Below the pieces are notes generated by a model, which made no database searches, was not told the origin of the DNA, and saw only the letters and a program-made list of their open reading frames with translations. DNA of 64,000 nt from Candidatus Zhuqueibacterota bacterium (GTDB lineage: Bacteria; Zhuqueibacterota; Zhuqueibacteria; Oceanimicrobiales; Oceanimicrobiaceae), in the NCBI GenBank assembly GCA_029262055.1, contig JAJDAD010000002.1:66791-130790 (forward strand), given 5' to 3'. Below, piece after piece: positions 41,563 to 53,244 of the stretch. The position numbers were made by a program, and so were the translations under genes. How positions within the stretch are numbered: position 1 is the stretch's first letter; every line of letters starts with the position of its first letter.

Positions 41563-42951
41563 ATGTTGCGACAAATGAGATTATCCCTGGTGGTCGCTTG
41601 TGCAATTCTTGCGACGGCGGCGGTCTTGCAGGCGGCAGAAGACGGGCAGAGCGGCAAGACTTACTCTTTGCAGGAGTGCATCGATCTTGCTTTGAAAAAC
41701 AATTCTTCCCTCAAAACCGCGGTTTATGAAGTTGACCGCGCCGGAGCCAACGTCAAGGGTTCCTACTCCAATGTTCTGCCGACCATCACGTCGTCCTTCA
41801 ATTCCAGCCGCACCTTTCGCGGCGAAAGCGTGGACACCCGGGATGTTCAGGCTGTCGATCCAACAACCGGGCAGGTGGTAATCGATCGCCAGGATATTAC
41901 CTCTCCCAGCCGGCAGTTTAATTTCCACCAGGTACAGATTCGCTACAATCAACGCCTGTTCGATTTTGGCCGAAGCTGGAATCTTGTCAAGCAGGCAAAA
42001 ACCTCGTTCGAGGCCAGCTCGCAGAATCTGGTTTTTGCCCGGCACAACATGCACTCAAACGTCAAGCTGCGCTACTTTGAGCTATTAAAGGCACAAAAAC
42101 TGGAACAGGAGTTCAAGCTGGCGGTGGAGCGCAGCAAGGAACAATTGCAGCGCACACAGAGCATGTATGAGATTGGCTCCGTGGCGCAGATCGATGTCTA
42201 CCGCCAGGAAGTGACCCTTGGTTCCGATGAGGTCAATCTGATCACCCAAAGCAACGTGGTGGAGATCGCCAGGGGCAACCTCAACATCGAAGTGGGAAGG
42301 GATCCCGACAACGACATCGCGATCGCGGATTTGGAAATTGATATGTCTCCGCCCCGGCTCAGCCTGACGGAGGCGATCACCGTTGCATACGAAAACAGCC
42401 CGGAATTGAAACGCTTTGAGTTTGACATGAAGAGCGCCAACTACGGCCGTAAAGCAGCCCGGGGGCGTTACTTCCCGTCGTTCGCAGTTGGAATCACCTA
42501 TACCAAAAACAATGAGCTTGCCGACCGGGTCTATGGCTCCCTGGACCAGAACTTCTCGGTGGGCGTTGGCGCGCAAGTCGATTTCAATATTTTCAACGGC
42601 CTCTCCGATGCTGCGGAAGTCAGTCGCCAGACGGCCAATTACTCCATCGCCAACGAGAATTGGATCAATACCAAGCGCTGGAAAGAGCTCGAAGTGAAAC
42701 AAGCCTACCTGAACGTGAAGGCTTTCTCAAATATCGCGCAAATCAATGAACGCAATGTTCGTTCGGCGGAAGAGGACTTTCGCCTGGCACAGGAGCGCTA
42801 CCGGGTTGGCGCCGGCACGTCCCTGGAAGTGACCGATTCACAGGTCAATCTCACCCGTGCCCGCGTGCAACTGGTTGCATCCAAGTATGATGCCATGATC
42901 GCCAGGGCGCAACTTGAGGCAGCCATGGGAGTGATCGAAAACCCGGAATAA
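41563..42951 (+). CDS. TolC family outer-membrane efflux protein
   Basis: Signal peptide, 'SLQECIDLALKNN', 'LFDFG', 'AQERYRVGAGTSLEVTDSQ'. Confidence 0.85.
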   Translation: MLRQMRLSLVVACAILATAAVLQAAEDGQSGKTYSLQECIDLALKNNSSLKTAVYEVDRAGANVKGSYSNVLPTITSSFNSSRTFRGESVDTRDVQAVDPTTGQVVIDRQDITSPSRQFNFHQVQIRYNQRLFDFGRSWNLVKQAKTSFEASSQNLVFARHNMHSNVKLRYFELLKAQKLEQEFKLAVERSKEQLQRTQSMYEIGSVAQIDVYRQEVTLGSDEVNLITQSNVVEIARGNLNIEVGRDPDNDIAIADLEIDMSPPRLSLTEAITVAYENSPELKRFEFDMKSANYGRKAARGRYFPSFAVGITYTKNNELADRVYGSLDQNFSVGVGAQVDFNIFNGLSDAAEVSRQTANYSIANENWINTKRWKELEVKQAYLNVKAFSNIAQINERNVRSAEEDFRLAQERYRVGAGTSLEVTDSQVNLTRARVQLVASKYDAMIARAQLEAAMGVIENPE

Positions 42952-43002
42952 GTCAACGAGAATCACCGCTTCTCCGGCCAAACCAGGGCCGGAAGTAGTT
43001 GC

Positions 43003-43031
43003 AAAGGCCGACCATCGTGTCGGCCTTTTTT
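43003..43031 (+). terminator. Rho-independent terminator after the tolC-like gene
   Basis: Stem aaaggccgac / gtcggccttt followed by a T-tract. Confidence 0.75.
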
Positions 43032-43137
43032 GTTGCATGTTTCACTTGATTATGTGGTGCGATTTGTCTATAATCAATGTTCGGCTTCAACCTGTTCGAC
43101 AGAGATAAATATCAATATATCAATGGATTGAGCAGAC

Positions 43138-44127
43138 TTGTCAGAAAGAGACTCTTTCGAATTGTTGACCTGGGCATGGCGTAAGGAGATCGATGCGCGC
43201 CTGTCAGGCGTTCAGGACTCGCGCAATCCCCGCACACTTTACCAGCCGATGGATTATGCGCTGGCGGGAAAGGGAAAGCGCATTCGACCGATGCTGCTCT
43301 TGCTGGCCTGTCAGGCAGTGGGCGGCAAAGTCGGCGCCGCGTGGGATGCTGCGGTCGCTATTGAGCTTTTGCATAACTTCACTTTGGTGCACGATGACAT
43401 CATGGATATGGACGACACGCGCCGCGGTCGTCCGACCCTGCACCGCAAGTGGAATGCCGATGTTGCGCTTCTGGCCGGCGACGGGCTGTTTGCGCTCGCT
43501 TATCAGGCTTTGCTGCGCACGCGGTCGCCGAGAATTGTAGAAATCGCCAACAGATTCACGGATGGTGTTCTCAGTATTTGCGAGGGGCAGGCACTGGACA
43601 TGGAATTTGAGTCGCGCGCCCAGGTGACTCCGGTCGAATATCTGGAGATGATTCAGAAAAAGACGGCGACGCTTTTGAAAGTTTCGGCTGAAATCGGCGG
43701 ACTGATTGGAGAAGGCTCGGATGACGAAGTCGAAGCTCTGGGTCTGTTTGCCGAGAATCTCGGTTATGCGTTCCAGGTCCAGGACGATTTGCTCGACCTG
43801 TTTGCCGACGAAGCGACTCTGGGCAAGACCCACGCCAGCGACATCAAGCAGGGCAAGCGCACCTTTCTGATCGTGCATGCCTTGTCCAGGGCGGACGACG
43901 AACAACGCGCGCGCCTTGAAAAACTGTTGGCCCGACGAGAAGCCAATGGCGAGAATGAGAATGGCTTCTGTCAACTTTTTGAGGAACTGGGTTCAATCGC
44001 AGCAGCCACGGCGGCCGTTGATGGTTTCTTGCTGGCAGCTAAGAACAATCTGGAGACCCTGTCCTGCGCGACGAAAAATGCCGGCCTGTTCAACCTGATC
44101 GAGCTGATCGCGAAGCGAAAAACCTGA
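43138..44127 (+). CDS. Polyprenyl diphosphate synthase (IspA/GGPP synthase family)
   Basis: 'GKRIRP', 'LVHDDIMDMDDTRRG', 'GQALD', 'KKTA', 'FQVQDDLLD'. Confidence 0.9.
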   Translation: MSERDSFELLTWAWRKEIDARLSGVQDSRNPRTLYQPMDYALAGKGKRIRPMLLLLACQAVGGKVGAAWDAAVAIELLHNFTLVHDDIMDMDDTRRGRPTLHRKWNADVALLAGDGLFALAYQALLRTRSPRIVEIANRFTDGVLSICEGQALDMEFESRAQVTPVEYLEMIQKKTATLLKVSAEIGGLIGEGSDDEVEALGLFAENLGYAFQVQDDLLDLFADEATLGKTHASDIKQGKRTFLIVHALSRADDEQRARLEKLLARREANGENENGFCQLFEELGSIAAATAAVDGFLLAAKNNLETLSCATKNAGLFNLIELIAKRKT

Positions 44128-44184
44128 TGATGCAGCAGCATTAATCAAACAACCCACGCTACGGGAGAAAGGTTCTACGACAGG

Positions 44185-44451
44185 ATGTTGCAGAGAGAGG
44201 TAACCGTTACAAACAAACTAGGCCTGCACGCCCGGCCCGCGGCACTGTTTGTCCAGGCAGCCGCCAAATACAAATCCGACGTCTTTCTGGAGAAAGGCGC
44301 GCACGAAGTAAATGGCAAAAGCATCATGGGGGTGATGATGCTGGCGGCGGAAATGGGCAGCACCCTGACTTTGACCGTCAAAGGGGAAGACGAGAAAGAT
44401 GCTCTGGCCGCCCTGTTGACACTGTTTGAAAACAAATTCAACGAAGACTGA
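44185..44451 (+). CDS. ptsH: Phosphocarrier protein HPr
   Basis: 'NKLGLHARPAA', 'NGKSIMGVMMLAA'. Confidence 0.95.
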   Translation: MLQREVTVTNKLGLHARPAALFVQAAAKYKSDVFLEKGAHEVNGKSIMGVMMLAAEMGSTLTLTVKGEDEKDALAALLTLFENKFNED

Positions 44452-46228
44452 TCCTCTGGATACACGACCGGAAAAACTTTATTGCGCCTACCGCCTGAAA
44501 GGCGTTGCGGCCTCACGCGGAATTGCCATTTCAAAGGCCTTTGTGCTGCAAGGTGATTCTGTCAAAATAGATCCCGTGCTGGTCCCGTGCGACGACGTCG
44601 AAACCGAAGTGGCAAAATTCCGGCATGCGGTCGATAGGGCCAAGGGCGAGTTGCGGTCTTTACAGAGCAAAGTCGCGCACAGGATAGGGCAGGAGAGCGC
44701 CAAGATATTCGATGTGCACCAACTGCTGCTCGAAGACAATGCCATCATCGATGAAACCATCGGAGATATCCGCAAGGACAAGAAAAGCGCCGATTACGCC
44801 TTTTACGATATCATGCAAAAGTACCAGAACACGCTGGATGAAACGTCAGTCGAGTTCTTTCAGAGTCGCATCTCAGACATCAGAGATGTGAAGCGCCGCG
44901 TGATCAAGCACATTCAGGGGGACCGCACCGACTATCTGAACAAGCTGGAAGGTTCGGCAGTGATCATTGCCTCCGATTTAACCCCGTCCGATACGGTAAA
45001 GCTGGACCGGCACAAAGTCACCGGGTTTGCGACTGACCTCGGCGGACGTACGTCTCATGTGGCGATCATGGCCCGTTCCATGCAAGTACCGGCGGTGGTA
45101 GGCCTGCGGCGGATCTCCAAGCTAATCAAAGAGGGTGATCGCATCATCCTGGACGGCAATGAAGGCGTTATCCTGATAGAGCCCGATGAAGCAACGATCC
45201 GGTATTATCGCGAACTGCAGGAGCGCTACTATGATACGGAGCGCAAGTTATCCGCATTCAGAGATCTGCCGAGCATCACTCTCGACGGCAAACCCATAGA
45301 ACTTTCGGCAAATCTGGAGTTTTCTGACGAAGCGGCAGCTGCAAAAACCCACGGCGCCAAAGGTGTGGGACTGTTTCGCACCGAATACATGTATCTGGCA
45401 AACGACGAACTCCCGACCGAAGATGAGCAGGCCGCCGAGTACCAAAAAATTACAAAAGAGATTTCTCCGGATCCGGTCATTATCAGGACCCTCGATGTCG
45501 GCGGAGACAAGGAGCCGAAATCGTTCAGCATCGCGCCGGAAGAAAACCCTTTTCTGGGCTGGCGCGCAATCCGGATTTGCCTGGAACGACAGGATATTTT
45601 TGAAACCCAGCTTAAGGCCATCCTGAGGGCCAGCGCCAACAGCGATGTGAAAATCCTGCTGCCGATGATCTCCTGTCTCGATGAACTGCACGATTGTATG
45701 AAAATAATCGACAAGACAAAAGCGGCACTCTCTAAGGCCAAAGTCGCTTTTAACGAGCAGATCGAAGTTGGCGTCATGATAGAGGTCCCGGCGGCGGCGG
45801 TTCTTGCGGACAAGATAGCGGAGTATGCAGATTTTTTGAGCATCGGCACCAACGATCTGGTGCAATACCTGCTGGCAGTTGACCGCGGCAACGAAAGGAT
45901 CGCCTACCTGTACCGGCACTTGCATCCGGCCGTTTTGCGAACCATCAAAGGCATCATTTCCGCTGGACACAAGGCAGGTGTCTGGGTTGGCATGTGCGGG
46001 GAAATGGCCAGTGACCCATTGTCAACGTTGATCCTGATAGGGATGGATTTGGACGAATTCAGCGTTACGCCTATGTCGGTGCCTGAGATTAAGAAAATCA
46101 TCCGGTCTACCGATTATCGCGAAGCGGCTCGCATCGCCACAAAAGCGCAGGAGTTTGAGACGGCCTCAGAAGTAGAGCGGTTTATGGTCAAGATCATGCG
46201 GCAGAAATTCAAGGATATCATTTTCTAG
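44426..46228 (+). CDS. ptsI: PTS enzyme I (phosphoenolpyruvate-protein phosphotransferase)
   Basis: 'GGRTSHVAIMARS', 'GVGLFRTE', 'RTLDVGGDK', 'ENPFLGWRAIR', 'SIGTNDL', 'GMCGEMA'. Start position uncertain. Confidence 0.93.
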   Translation: MKTNSTKTDPLDTRPEKLYCAYRLKGVAASRGIAISKAFVLQGDSVKIDPVLVPCDDVETEVAKFRHAVDRAKGELRSLQSKVAHRIGQESAKIFDVHQLLLEDNAIIDETIGDIRKDKKSADYAFYDIMQKYQNTLDETSVEFFQSRISDIRDVKRRVIKHIQGDRTDYLNKLEGSAVIIASDLTPSDTVKLDRHKVTGFATDLGGRTSHVAIMARSMQVPAVVGLRRISKLIKEGDRIILDGNEGVILIEPDEATIRYYRELQERYYDTERKLSAFRDLPSITLDGKPIELSANLEFSDEAAAAKTHGAKGVGLFRTEYMYLANDELPTEDEQAAEYQKITKEISPDPVIIRTLDVGGDKEPKSFSIAPEENPFLGWRAIRICLERQDIFETQLKAILRASANSDVKILLPMISCLDELHDCMKIIDKTKAALSKAKVAFNEQIEVGVMIEVPAAAVLADKIAEYADFLSIGTNDLVQYLLAVDRGNERIAYLYRHLHPAVLRTIKGIISAGHKAGVWVGMCGEMASDPLSTLILIGMDLDEFSVTPMSVPEIKKIIRSTDYREAARIATKAQEFETASEVERFMVKIMRQKFKDIIF

Positions 46229-46261
46229 CCTGCACAGGCGCCGGTTGCGTCCCGGTTTGCG

Positions 46262-47197
46262 GTGTTGGTGTTCTTCATGGAAGAAAAAGTATACAGCTTT
46301 ATCATTGACCTTGCGGTCGAGATTCGTAGCGCCGTGGCTGCCCGGGGCAATAGTGCCGACATGAAGGCCGCTGATGACATTGCGTTTTCAGGGGATACAA
46401 CATTTGCAATTGACAAAGTAGCCGAGCAGAGTTTAATAGACGTAGCCCAAAATTCCGGCAAGAAACTCGCTTTCTTCTCTGAAGACAAAGGGCTTGTGAA
46501 ACTCGACCCGGATCCGGAGTTGTTGTTGATTGTTGACCCAATAGACGGGACGCGGCCCCTGCTCTGCGGCCTGAAAACATCGGTGGTCTCAATTGCTCTT
46601 TGCCCTTACTCGGAGGTCGCCACTTTCGGCAACATCATCGCAGCCGCGGTGGTCGACATTGACAGCGCTGACTGGTTTTACGCTGAATCCGGAAAAGGAC
46701 TCGACTCCAACAGGACGGACCTCGGACCCTCTGCGACCTCGGAGATCGAGGAGATGTTTTGGAATTTTGACACAATTGGTCGCCCGGTGCGCCGGGTGGT
46801 GCACTACCTGCACCGCCTGATCGACGCATCCGGCATGAAGGGCGCGCCGTTTCTCATCAATAGCGCCTGCTTTTCGTTGACGAAAGTCATCACCGGTGAG
46901 CTCGATGCTTATGTCGATGTCGGTGGTAGAATCCTCAATGATGAGCCGGAAAGTGAATCGGAGTTTTTGAAAATTGGTAATGGCAGCGTAATGGGTACCT
47001 TTCCTTATGATCTGGCGGCAGCTTACCTCCTGGTCAAGGAAGCGGGCTGCGCCATTACGGATGCCTATGGCCGTCCTCTCGACGATCGATTTCTGATCCG
47101 GAGGGGGAAAAAGGCGGTAATGTCGTGCATCGCCGCCAGCAACAACAAGTTACATCGCGAAATCCTAAACACTCTAAACGGAGAGAACAGCAACTGA
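46262..47197 (+). CDS. Inositol monophosphatase/FBPase-like family protein
   Basis: 'DKVAEQ', 'FSED', 'IVDPIDGT', '[14 protein letters not shown]'. Confidence 0.8.
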   Translation: MLVFFMEEKVYSFIIDLAVEIRSAVAARGNSADMKAADDIAFSGDTTFAIDKVAEQSLIDVAQNSGKKLAFFSEDKGLVKLDPDPELLLIVDPIDGTRPLLCGLKTSVVSIALCPYSEVATFGNIIAAAVVDIDSADWFYAESGKGLDSNRTDLGPSATSEIEEMFWNFDTIGRPVRRVVHYLHRLIDASGMKGAPFLINSACFSLTKVITGELDAYVDVGGRILNDEPESESEFLKIGNGSVMGTFPYDLAAAYLLVKEAGCAITDAYGRPLDDRFLIRRGKKAVMSCIAASNNKLHREILNTLNGENSN

Positions 47198-47211
47198 AAG
47201 GAGAAATCTGC

Positions 47212-48348
47212 ATGTCATCAACTCTTTTTACATCTGAGTCTGTGACCGAGGGCCACCCGGACAAAGTCGCCGACCAGATCTCGGATGGAATTCTGGACGC
47301 CATCTTTGAGGAAGATCCGAACGGCCGTGTGGCGTGTGAAACCTATGTGACCACTGGCCTCGTCCTGGTTGGCGGGGAAATCACGACCAAGACCTACGTG
47401 GAAATACCCCAGCTTGTGCGCGGCATCGTTAAGGAAATCGGCTACACAGACGCTAGCTTCGGGTTTGATTATCTTACTTGTGCCATTCTCAATACCATTC
47501 AGACACAATCACCGGATATCGCGCTGGGGGTTGACCGGGAAGGCGCCGGCGATCAGGGCATGATGTTCGGTTATGCGACCACGGAAACAAAAGAGCTGAT
47601 GCCTCTGCCCATCATGGTTGCACACAAACTGGCTATGCAACTGGCAAAAGTAAGGAAAGAAGGGACTCTGCCGTATGTCCGCCCGGACGGCAAATCGCAG
47701 GTCAGTGTCCGCTATGAGGACGGCAAACCAGTGAGAATCGACACCGTGGTCATATCGACGCAGCACGAACCCGATGTCGATCAGGAAACCATCAAGGCCG
47801 ACATCATAAAAAAGGTAATCAAGCCGATCCTGCCTGCTGATTATTTTGACGAAAACAGCACGGTTTTTCATATCAACCCAACCGGTAGGTTTGTGGTTGG
47901 TGGTCCGCACGGCGATACCGGCCTGACCGGCCGCAAGATCATAGTGGATACCTACGGCGGCTATGGCCGGCATGGCGGTGGCGCTTTTTCAGGAAAAGAT
48001 CCCACCAAGGTTGACCGCTCCGCCACCTATGCCGCGCGCTACGTGGCCAAGAATATCGTCGCCGCCGGTCTGGCCGAAAAATGTGAAATCCAGTTGGCCT
48101 ACGCTATCGGCGTTGCGGAGCCGGTATCGGTACGCGCCGAAACATTCGGCACCGGCCAAGTGCCCGAAGCCGAAATCGCCGAACTGGTGCGGAAGAACTT
48201 TGACCTGACGCCGCGCGGTATTATGGAGATGCTCGATCTGCGTCGTCCGATTTACAAAAAGACGGCGGCTTACGGCCATTTTGGACGGGAAGAGAATGAG
48301 TTTACCTGGGAAAAAACCGACAAGGCGGCTGCGCTATCCCGTGGCTAG
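47212..48348 (+). CDS. metK: S-adenosylmethionine synthetase
   Basis: '[14 protein letters not shown]', 'GAGDQG', '[14 protein letters not shown]', 'GGGAFSGKD'. ATG 47212 follows RBS 'aaggag'. Confidence 0.97.
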   Translation: MSSTLFTSESVTEGHPDKVADQISDGILDAIFEEDPNGRVACETYVTTGLVLVGGEITTKTYVEIPQLVRGIVKEIGYTDASFGFDYLTCAILNTIQTQSPDIALGVDREGAGDQGMMFGYATTETKELMPLPIMVAHKLAMQLAKVRKEGTLPYVRPDGKSQVSVRYEDGKPVRIDTVVISTQHEPDVDQETIKADIIKKVIKPILPADYFDENSTVFHINPTGRFVVGGPHGDTGLTGRKIIVDTYGGYGRHGGGAFSGKDPTKVDRSATYAARYVAKNIVAAGLAEKCEIQLAYAIGVAEPVSVRAETFGTGQVPEAEIAELVRKNFDLTPRGIMEMLDLRRPIYKKTAAYGHFGREENEFTWEKTDKAAALSRG

Positions 48349-48518
48349 CGGGATGCCTGGCCTGAATGATTCATTGTCCATTGCAGCAGGAGCATGTCAA
48401 ACAACGGCAGTCAGGAGGAATCCATTTTGAAGCATTCTGCCTCGTTAGACAGGCCCGGATTCAACCAAAAAGGATCCTTCCAGGAATACAGAAGAAGAAA
48501 TTCATGAATAATGCACGT

Positions 48519-48646
48519 TAGATGTCATTCTGAGCACGCAGGCCAAGATTCCGTGTATCGACCTGGGAACGAGGGTGTGCGAAGGATCTCCACAGACACA
48601 CCAAGATTCTTCGCGCTCAGAATGGCCTTGAATCGAAGTGAGAAAT
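48519..48646. repeat. Palindromic repeat family R1 copy between metK and ahcY
   Basis: 'gtcattctgagcacgcag...gcgaaggatct...agattcttcgcgctcagaatggccttgaatcgaagtgagaaat'. Confidence 0.8.
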
Positions 48647-48686
48647 AGAACTAATTTATGATAAAGAAAGATCATACAATCTTTGA

Positions 48687-49955
<1,269 letters not shown>

Positions 49956-49980
49956 GCCCTGCCTGCAATCCACTTATAGC

Positions 49981-50034
49981 AAGGTCTTCTCAACTCTTTT
50001 CTCCCCACAGGAGAAATCTGCTTGAGAAGACCTT
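49981..50034 (+). terminator. Long hairpin / probable terminator after ahcY
   Basis: aaggtcttctcaa / ttgagaagacctt inverted repeat with inner tttctcc / ggagaaa pairing. Confidence 0.55.
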
Positions 50035-50256
50035 TGTTAATCCTTTCCAGCGACCGTACATTCCTATTTTGCCGACCTACCTACCTAACGACTAACCCCA
50101 CAGTAGCCCAAATAGCCACAATTCATCTGCAACCCCCGAATCCTTTTGCGCGCTTCGCGCCTCCGCACGCCCAGCTTTTGTTTTAGTACTCCCCACCATT
50201 GCCATGAATCACTTTTTTTTACTATATTCCTCGCTATCCTTTAGCAGAACGGATTC

Positions 50257-51090
50257 ATGAAACCAGCAGAACCACATCACCTACAGATACTGACGAAAAC
50301 GGAAAGATTCATTTTCCGTGTCATGCACCGGCTAAACTGGTCGCACGGAACGCGCGCCCTCCTGGGCAGGGTTGGTGCATCGTTTGGGAAAAGCTGGGTT
50401 GAGTTCGTCATCTCCGATACCGTGCAAGACCACGGCTTTGAAAACTTCAAGAAAATAGACCCCACGCGCGGACTGCTGCTAGTGGCAAATCATCGCAGCT
50501 TCTATGATCAATTCGCCATCGCAGCCCGCCTGTTCACGCTGTACGGCAATCATCACAACATCTACTTCCCGGTTCGATCCAACTTTTTTTATGATTCGAT
50601 GCCCGGCCTGTTCATGAATGTGACTGTGGCCACGGCCATGATGTATCCCCCCGTCCTGCGCGATGCAAAGAGGAAAAGTTGGAATCGCTATGCCACCGAC
50701 ATCATGGCTGAACTGCTGAAAAGGCCCCAGAACATGGTAGGATTTCATCCGGAGGGGACACGTAGCCGCGGACCCGATCCGTACGAATTTTTGTCCCCCA
50801 AGCCGGGCTGCGGCGAGCTTATTTTCCGCGCGAACCCCAATGTTGTTCCGGTCTTTCTGCAGGGCTTTCCGCGTAGCCTGTTTAAGCTGCGCAGGGGAGA
50901 TGCCAGGCACGGACAACGCCGGCCATTGGTGCACATGGTGATGGGGCCGCCGATTGATTTTTCAGGCAAGCTTGCCGGGGAAGGCGACCGGAAACTGTTT
51001 CTATCCCTATCTCAAACCGTCATGACAGCCATCGCAGCGTTGGCAGAGCAGGAGCAGGAAATCCGTGCGCAGCAGGTTGGACCGGAGTGA
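50257..51090 (+). CDS. Lysophospholipid acyltransferase (PlsC-like)
   Basis: 'VANHRSFYD' (HxxxxD) and 'FHPEGTRS'. Confidence 0.85.
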   Translation: MKPAEPHHLQILTKTERFIFRVMHRLNWSHGTRALLGRVGASFGKSWVEFVISDTVQDHGFENFKKIDPTRGLLLVANHRSFYDQFAIAARLFTLYGNHHNIYFPVRSNFFYDSMPGLFMNVTVATAMMYPPVLRDAKRKSWNRYATDIMAELLKRPQNMVGFHPEGTRSRGPDPYEFLSPKPGCGELIFRANPNVVPVFLQGFPRSLFKLRRGDARHGQRRPLVHMVMGPPIDFSGKLAGEGDRKLFLSLSQTVMTAIAALAEQEQEIRAQQVGPE

Positions 51091-51197
51091 CCCGCCGACT
51101 TGATTCCATTTGCTTTTGGCCTCGGGCCACGCTATATTTTGGTTTGGTTGTAAATCCGCTGCTGGATTTCAGCAGAGATTTTGAAGCGCCGGCATAG

Positions 51198-52307
51198 ATG
51201 GACCAGGTCATCAAAGAATCCCTCAGACTGCTCGAAGCCCGCGAACCGCACGTGGTTTGCACAGTGGTTCGCACCACCGGAATGACGCCGCAAAAGGCAG
51301 GCGCGCGGCAGCTTATTCGCCAGGATGGTAGCCGCGTGGGCACACTCGGCGGTGGATGCGTAGAAGGGGACGTCTGGTACTATGCGCGCCAGATCCTGCG
51401 CGAAAACAGCGGCCCAATGTTCCGGGAATATGAACTGACCGCTGACGTCGCCGAGCGCGACGGGCTGGTTTGTGGCGGCAAGATGTTCTTTTTTCTTGAG
51501 CCCAGGTACCCTAGTGACGAGAAGATTGCTTTGCAGAAAGCGCGGGCAACCGCTGCCGAGGCGGGCCCGCCCATCATCTCCGTCACGGTTGTTCGCAGTG
51601 ACCGGCCGGATGTGCGGGTGGGGGAGAGTACCAACACCATGCCTGACGGCCGGATTTTCGGCACCGTGCGCCGTCCGGATTTGCTCACCCCGGCAATTGC
51701 GTTAGGAAAACAGTTTTCCGAACTCAGCGCTGCGGCCTCCCTGAACATTGAGCCCGGCACCGAACTTCTGGTGGAAGCGATCGCGCCGGCCCCGACTCTC
51801 GTTATTTTGGGCGGGGGTCACGTAGGCAAAGCCGTTTATGAACTGGCCTTGAAACTTGCTTTCCGGATCGTTGTCATTGATGACCGGGAAGAGTTTGCCA
51901 ACCCGAAGCGGTTTCCGCAGGCAACCGCAGTCGTGGCAGACTTTTCGAACCCGTTCGAAAAGGTAGAATTGACGGCAAACAGCTTTGTTCTGGTCGCCAC
52001 GCGCGGCCACAAATATGACGACCAGGCGACCCTGGCCGCGGCCAATTTGAACGTGCGCTACATCGGATTGCTCGGTAGCCGGCGTAAGAATCTCTTGATT
52101 TTCAAACGATTGCTGGAGCATGGCATCGCACTCGACCGAATCAAGGAAATCCACGCCCCGGTCGGGTTGGACATCGGCGCCCTGACTCCCGCAGAGTTGG
52201 CGGTCAGCATCGTGGCTGAGCTTGTGCACATACTGCGCGGCGGCACTTGTCGTCCCATGAAGATGTCCGCCGATGATTTGGAACGGGAGTTGCAGGAAGA
52301 TACCTAA
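51198..52307 (+). CDS. XdhC/CoxI family molybdoenzyme maturation factor
   Basis: 'GTLGGGCVEG', 'GLVCGGKM', 'LGGGHVG', 'TRGHKYD', 'YIGLLGSRRK', 'HAPVGLDIGALTPAELAVSI'. Confidence 0.9.
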   Translation: MDQVIKESLRLLEAREPHVVCTVVRTTGMTPQKAGARQLIRQDGSRVGTLGGGCVEGDVWYYARQILRENSGPMFREYELTADVAERDGLVCGGKMFFFLEPRYPSDEKIALQKARATAAEAGPPIISVTVVRSDRPDVRVGESTNTMPDGRIFGTVRRPDLLTPAIALGKQFSELSAAASLNIEPGTELLVEAIAPAPTLVILGGGHVGKAVYELALKLAFRIVVIDDREEFANPKRFPQATAVVADFSNPFEKVELTANSFVLVATRGHKYDDQATLAAANLNVRYIGLLGSRRKNLLIFKRLLEHGIALDRIKEIHAPVGLDIGALTPAELAVSIVAELVHILRGGTCRPMKMSADDLERELQEDT

Positions 52308-52415
52308 CCGGACAATTTGGCGAACAGCCGGACATTTTTTGGCCAGTACGCGCGTTTTGTGGTACTATTAGAAAGAGCAAGCTCACACCGTATTCGCAAT
52401 GTTGAGGTTTTACGA

Positions 52416-52940
52416 ATGGTAAGAATACAGAAGCACTATTTGATTATCCTGACTCTGTTATGCTGCTTTGGTTGCGACCAGATCAGCAAGCGGGTCGCCA
52501 AGCAGTCACTGGAAAAATCCCCGCCTATTTCTTACCTTGGTGAGACCTTCCGGCTGCAGTACGCCGAAAATTCCGGCGCGTTTCTGAGCCTTGGCTCCAG
52601 TTTGTCCAAGACCGCAAGAACCTGGCTATTTACTATATTCAGTGGCGGCCTGCTGGCGGCGCTTTTCATCTATATTTTTTACAACCGCAGCTTGGATCGC
52701 AGCCATGTTTTTGCGCTTTCGCTTATTCTCGGAGGTGGGTTTAGCAATCTGTTTGACCGGATCGTCAATGACGGCAAAGTCATCGATTTTATGAACATGG
52801 GCGTTGGTCCAATTCGGACCGGGATTTTTAATTGGGCTGATGTCGTGATCATGGTTGGTATGGGGCTGATTATTCTGTACAATTTCGTTGGCGACAATCC
52901 GGATAACCCTGAGTCGATTCCTGCCTCCAAAACTGACTGA
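52416..52940 (+). CDS. lspA: Lipoprotein signal peptidase II
   Basis: 'DQISK', 'ENSGAFLS', 'GGGFSNLFDRI', 'VIDF', 'IFNWAD'. Start moved to ATG 52416. Confidence 0.9.
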   Translation: MVRIQKHYLIILTLLCCFGCDQISKRVAKQSLEKSPPISYLGETFRLQYAENSGAFLSLGSSLSKTARTWLFTIFSGGLLAALFIYIFYNRSLDRSHVFALSLILGGGFSNLFDRIVNDGKVIDFMNMGVGPIRTGIFNWADVVIMVGMGLIILYNFVGDNPDNPESIPASKTD

Positions 52941-53104
52941 AGCACCGGTGGCCTGCCAACCACTCCTACGGGTTGCGCATTTGCGGTTCCTGCTGAACAC
53001 ATAGTCCACAACCTCTGCACGCCGACACCCAGCGCACGTGTGCTAAGAATACTCATAGATAGGAACATTCTCTGGCTGTCCGGAGACTTCTAAACGCTGT
53101 GTGC

Positions 53105-53126
53105 ATATGTAGAAACTTCTTTCTAA
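53105..53126. promoter_or_regulatory. Palindromic AT-rich motif, copy 2
   Basis: Exact 22-nt match to 5835-5856, with looser similarity for about 30 nt further. Confidence 0.45.
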
Positions 53127-53244
53127 TGTAGATATTCTGAAATGATTGAATTCGGTAAGTGCTCAGATAGTCAGAAGGGTGCGAAAATGAATACGTCTAT
53201 GGATACAGATCTTTCTATATTTCTACGAGTTCCTGAACCTTGCT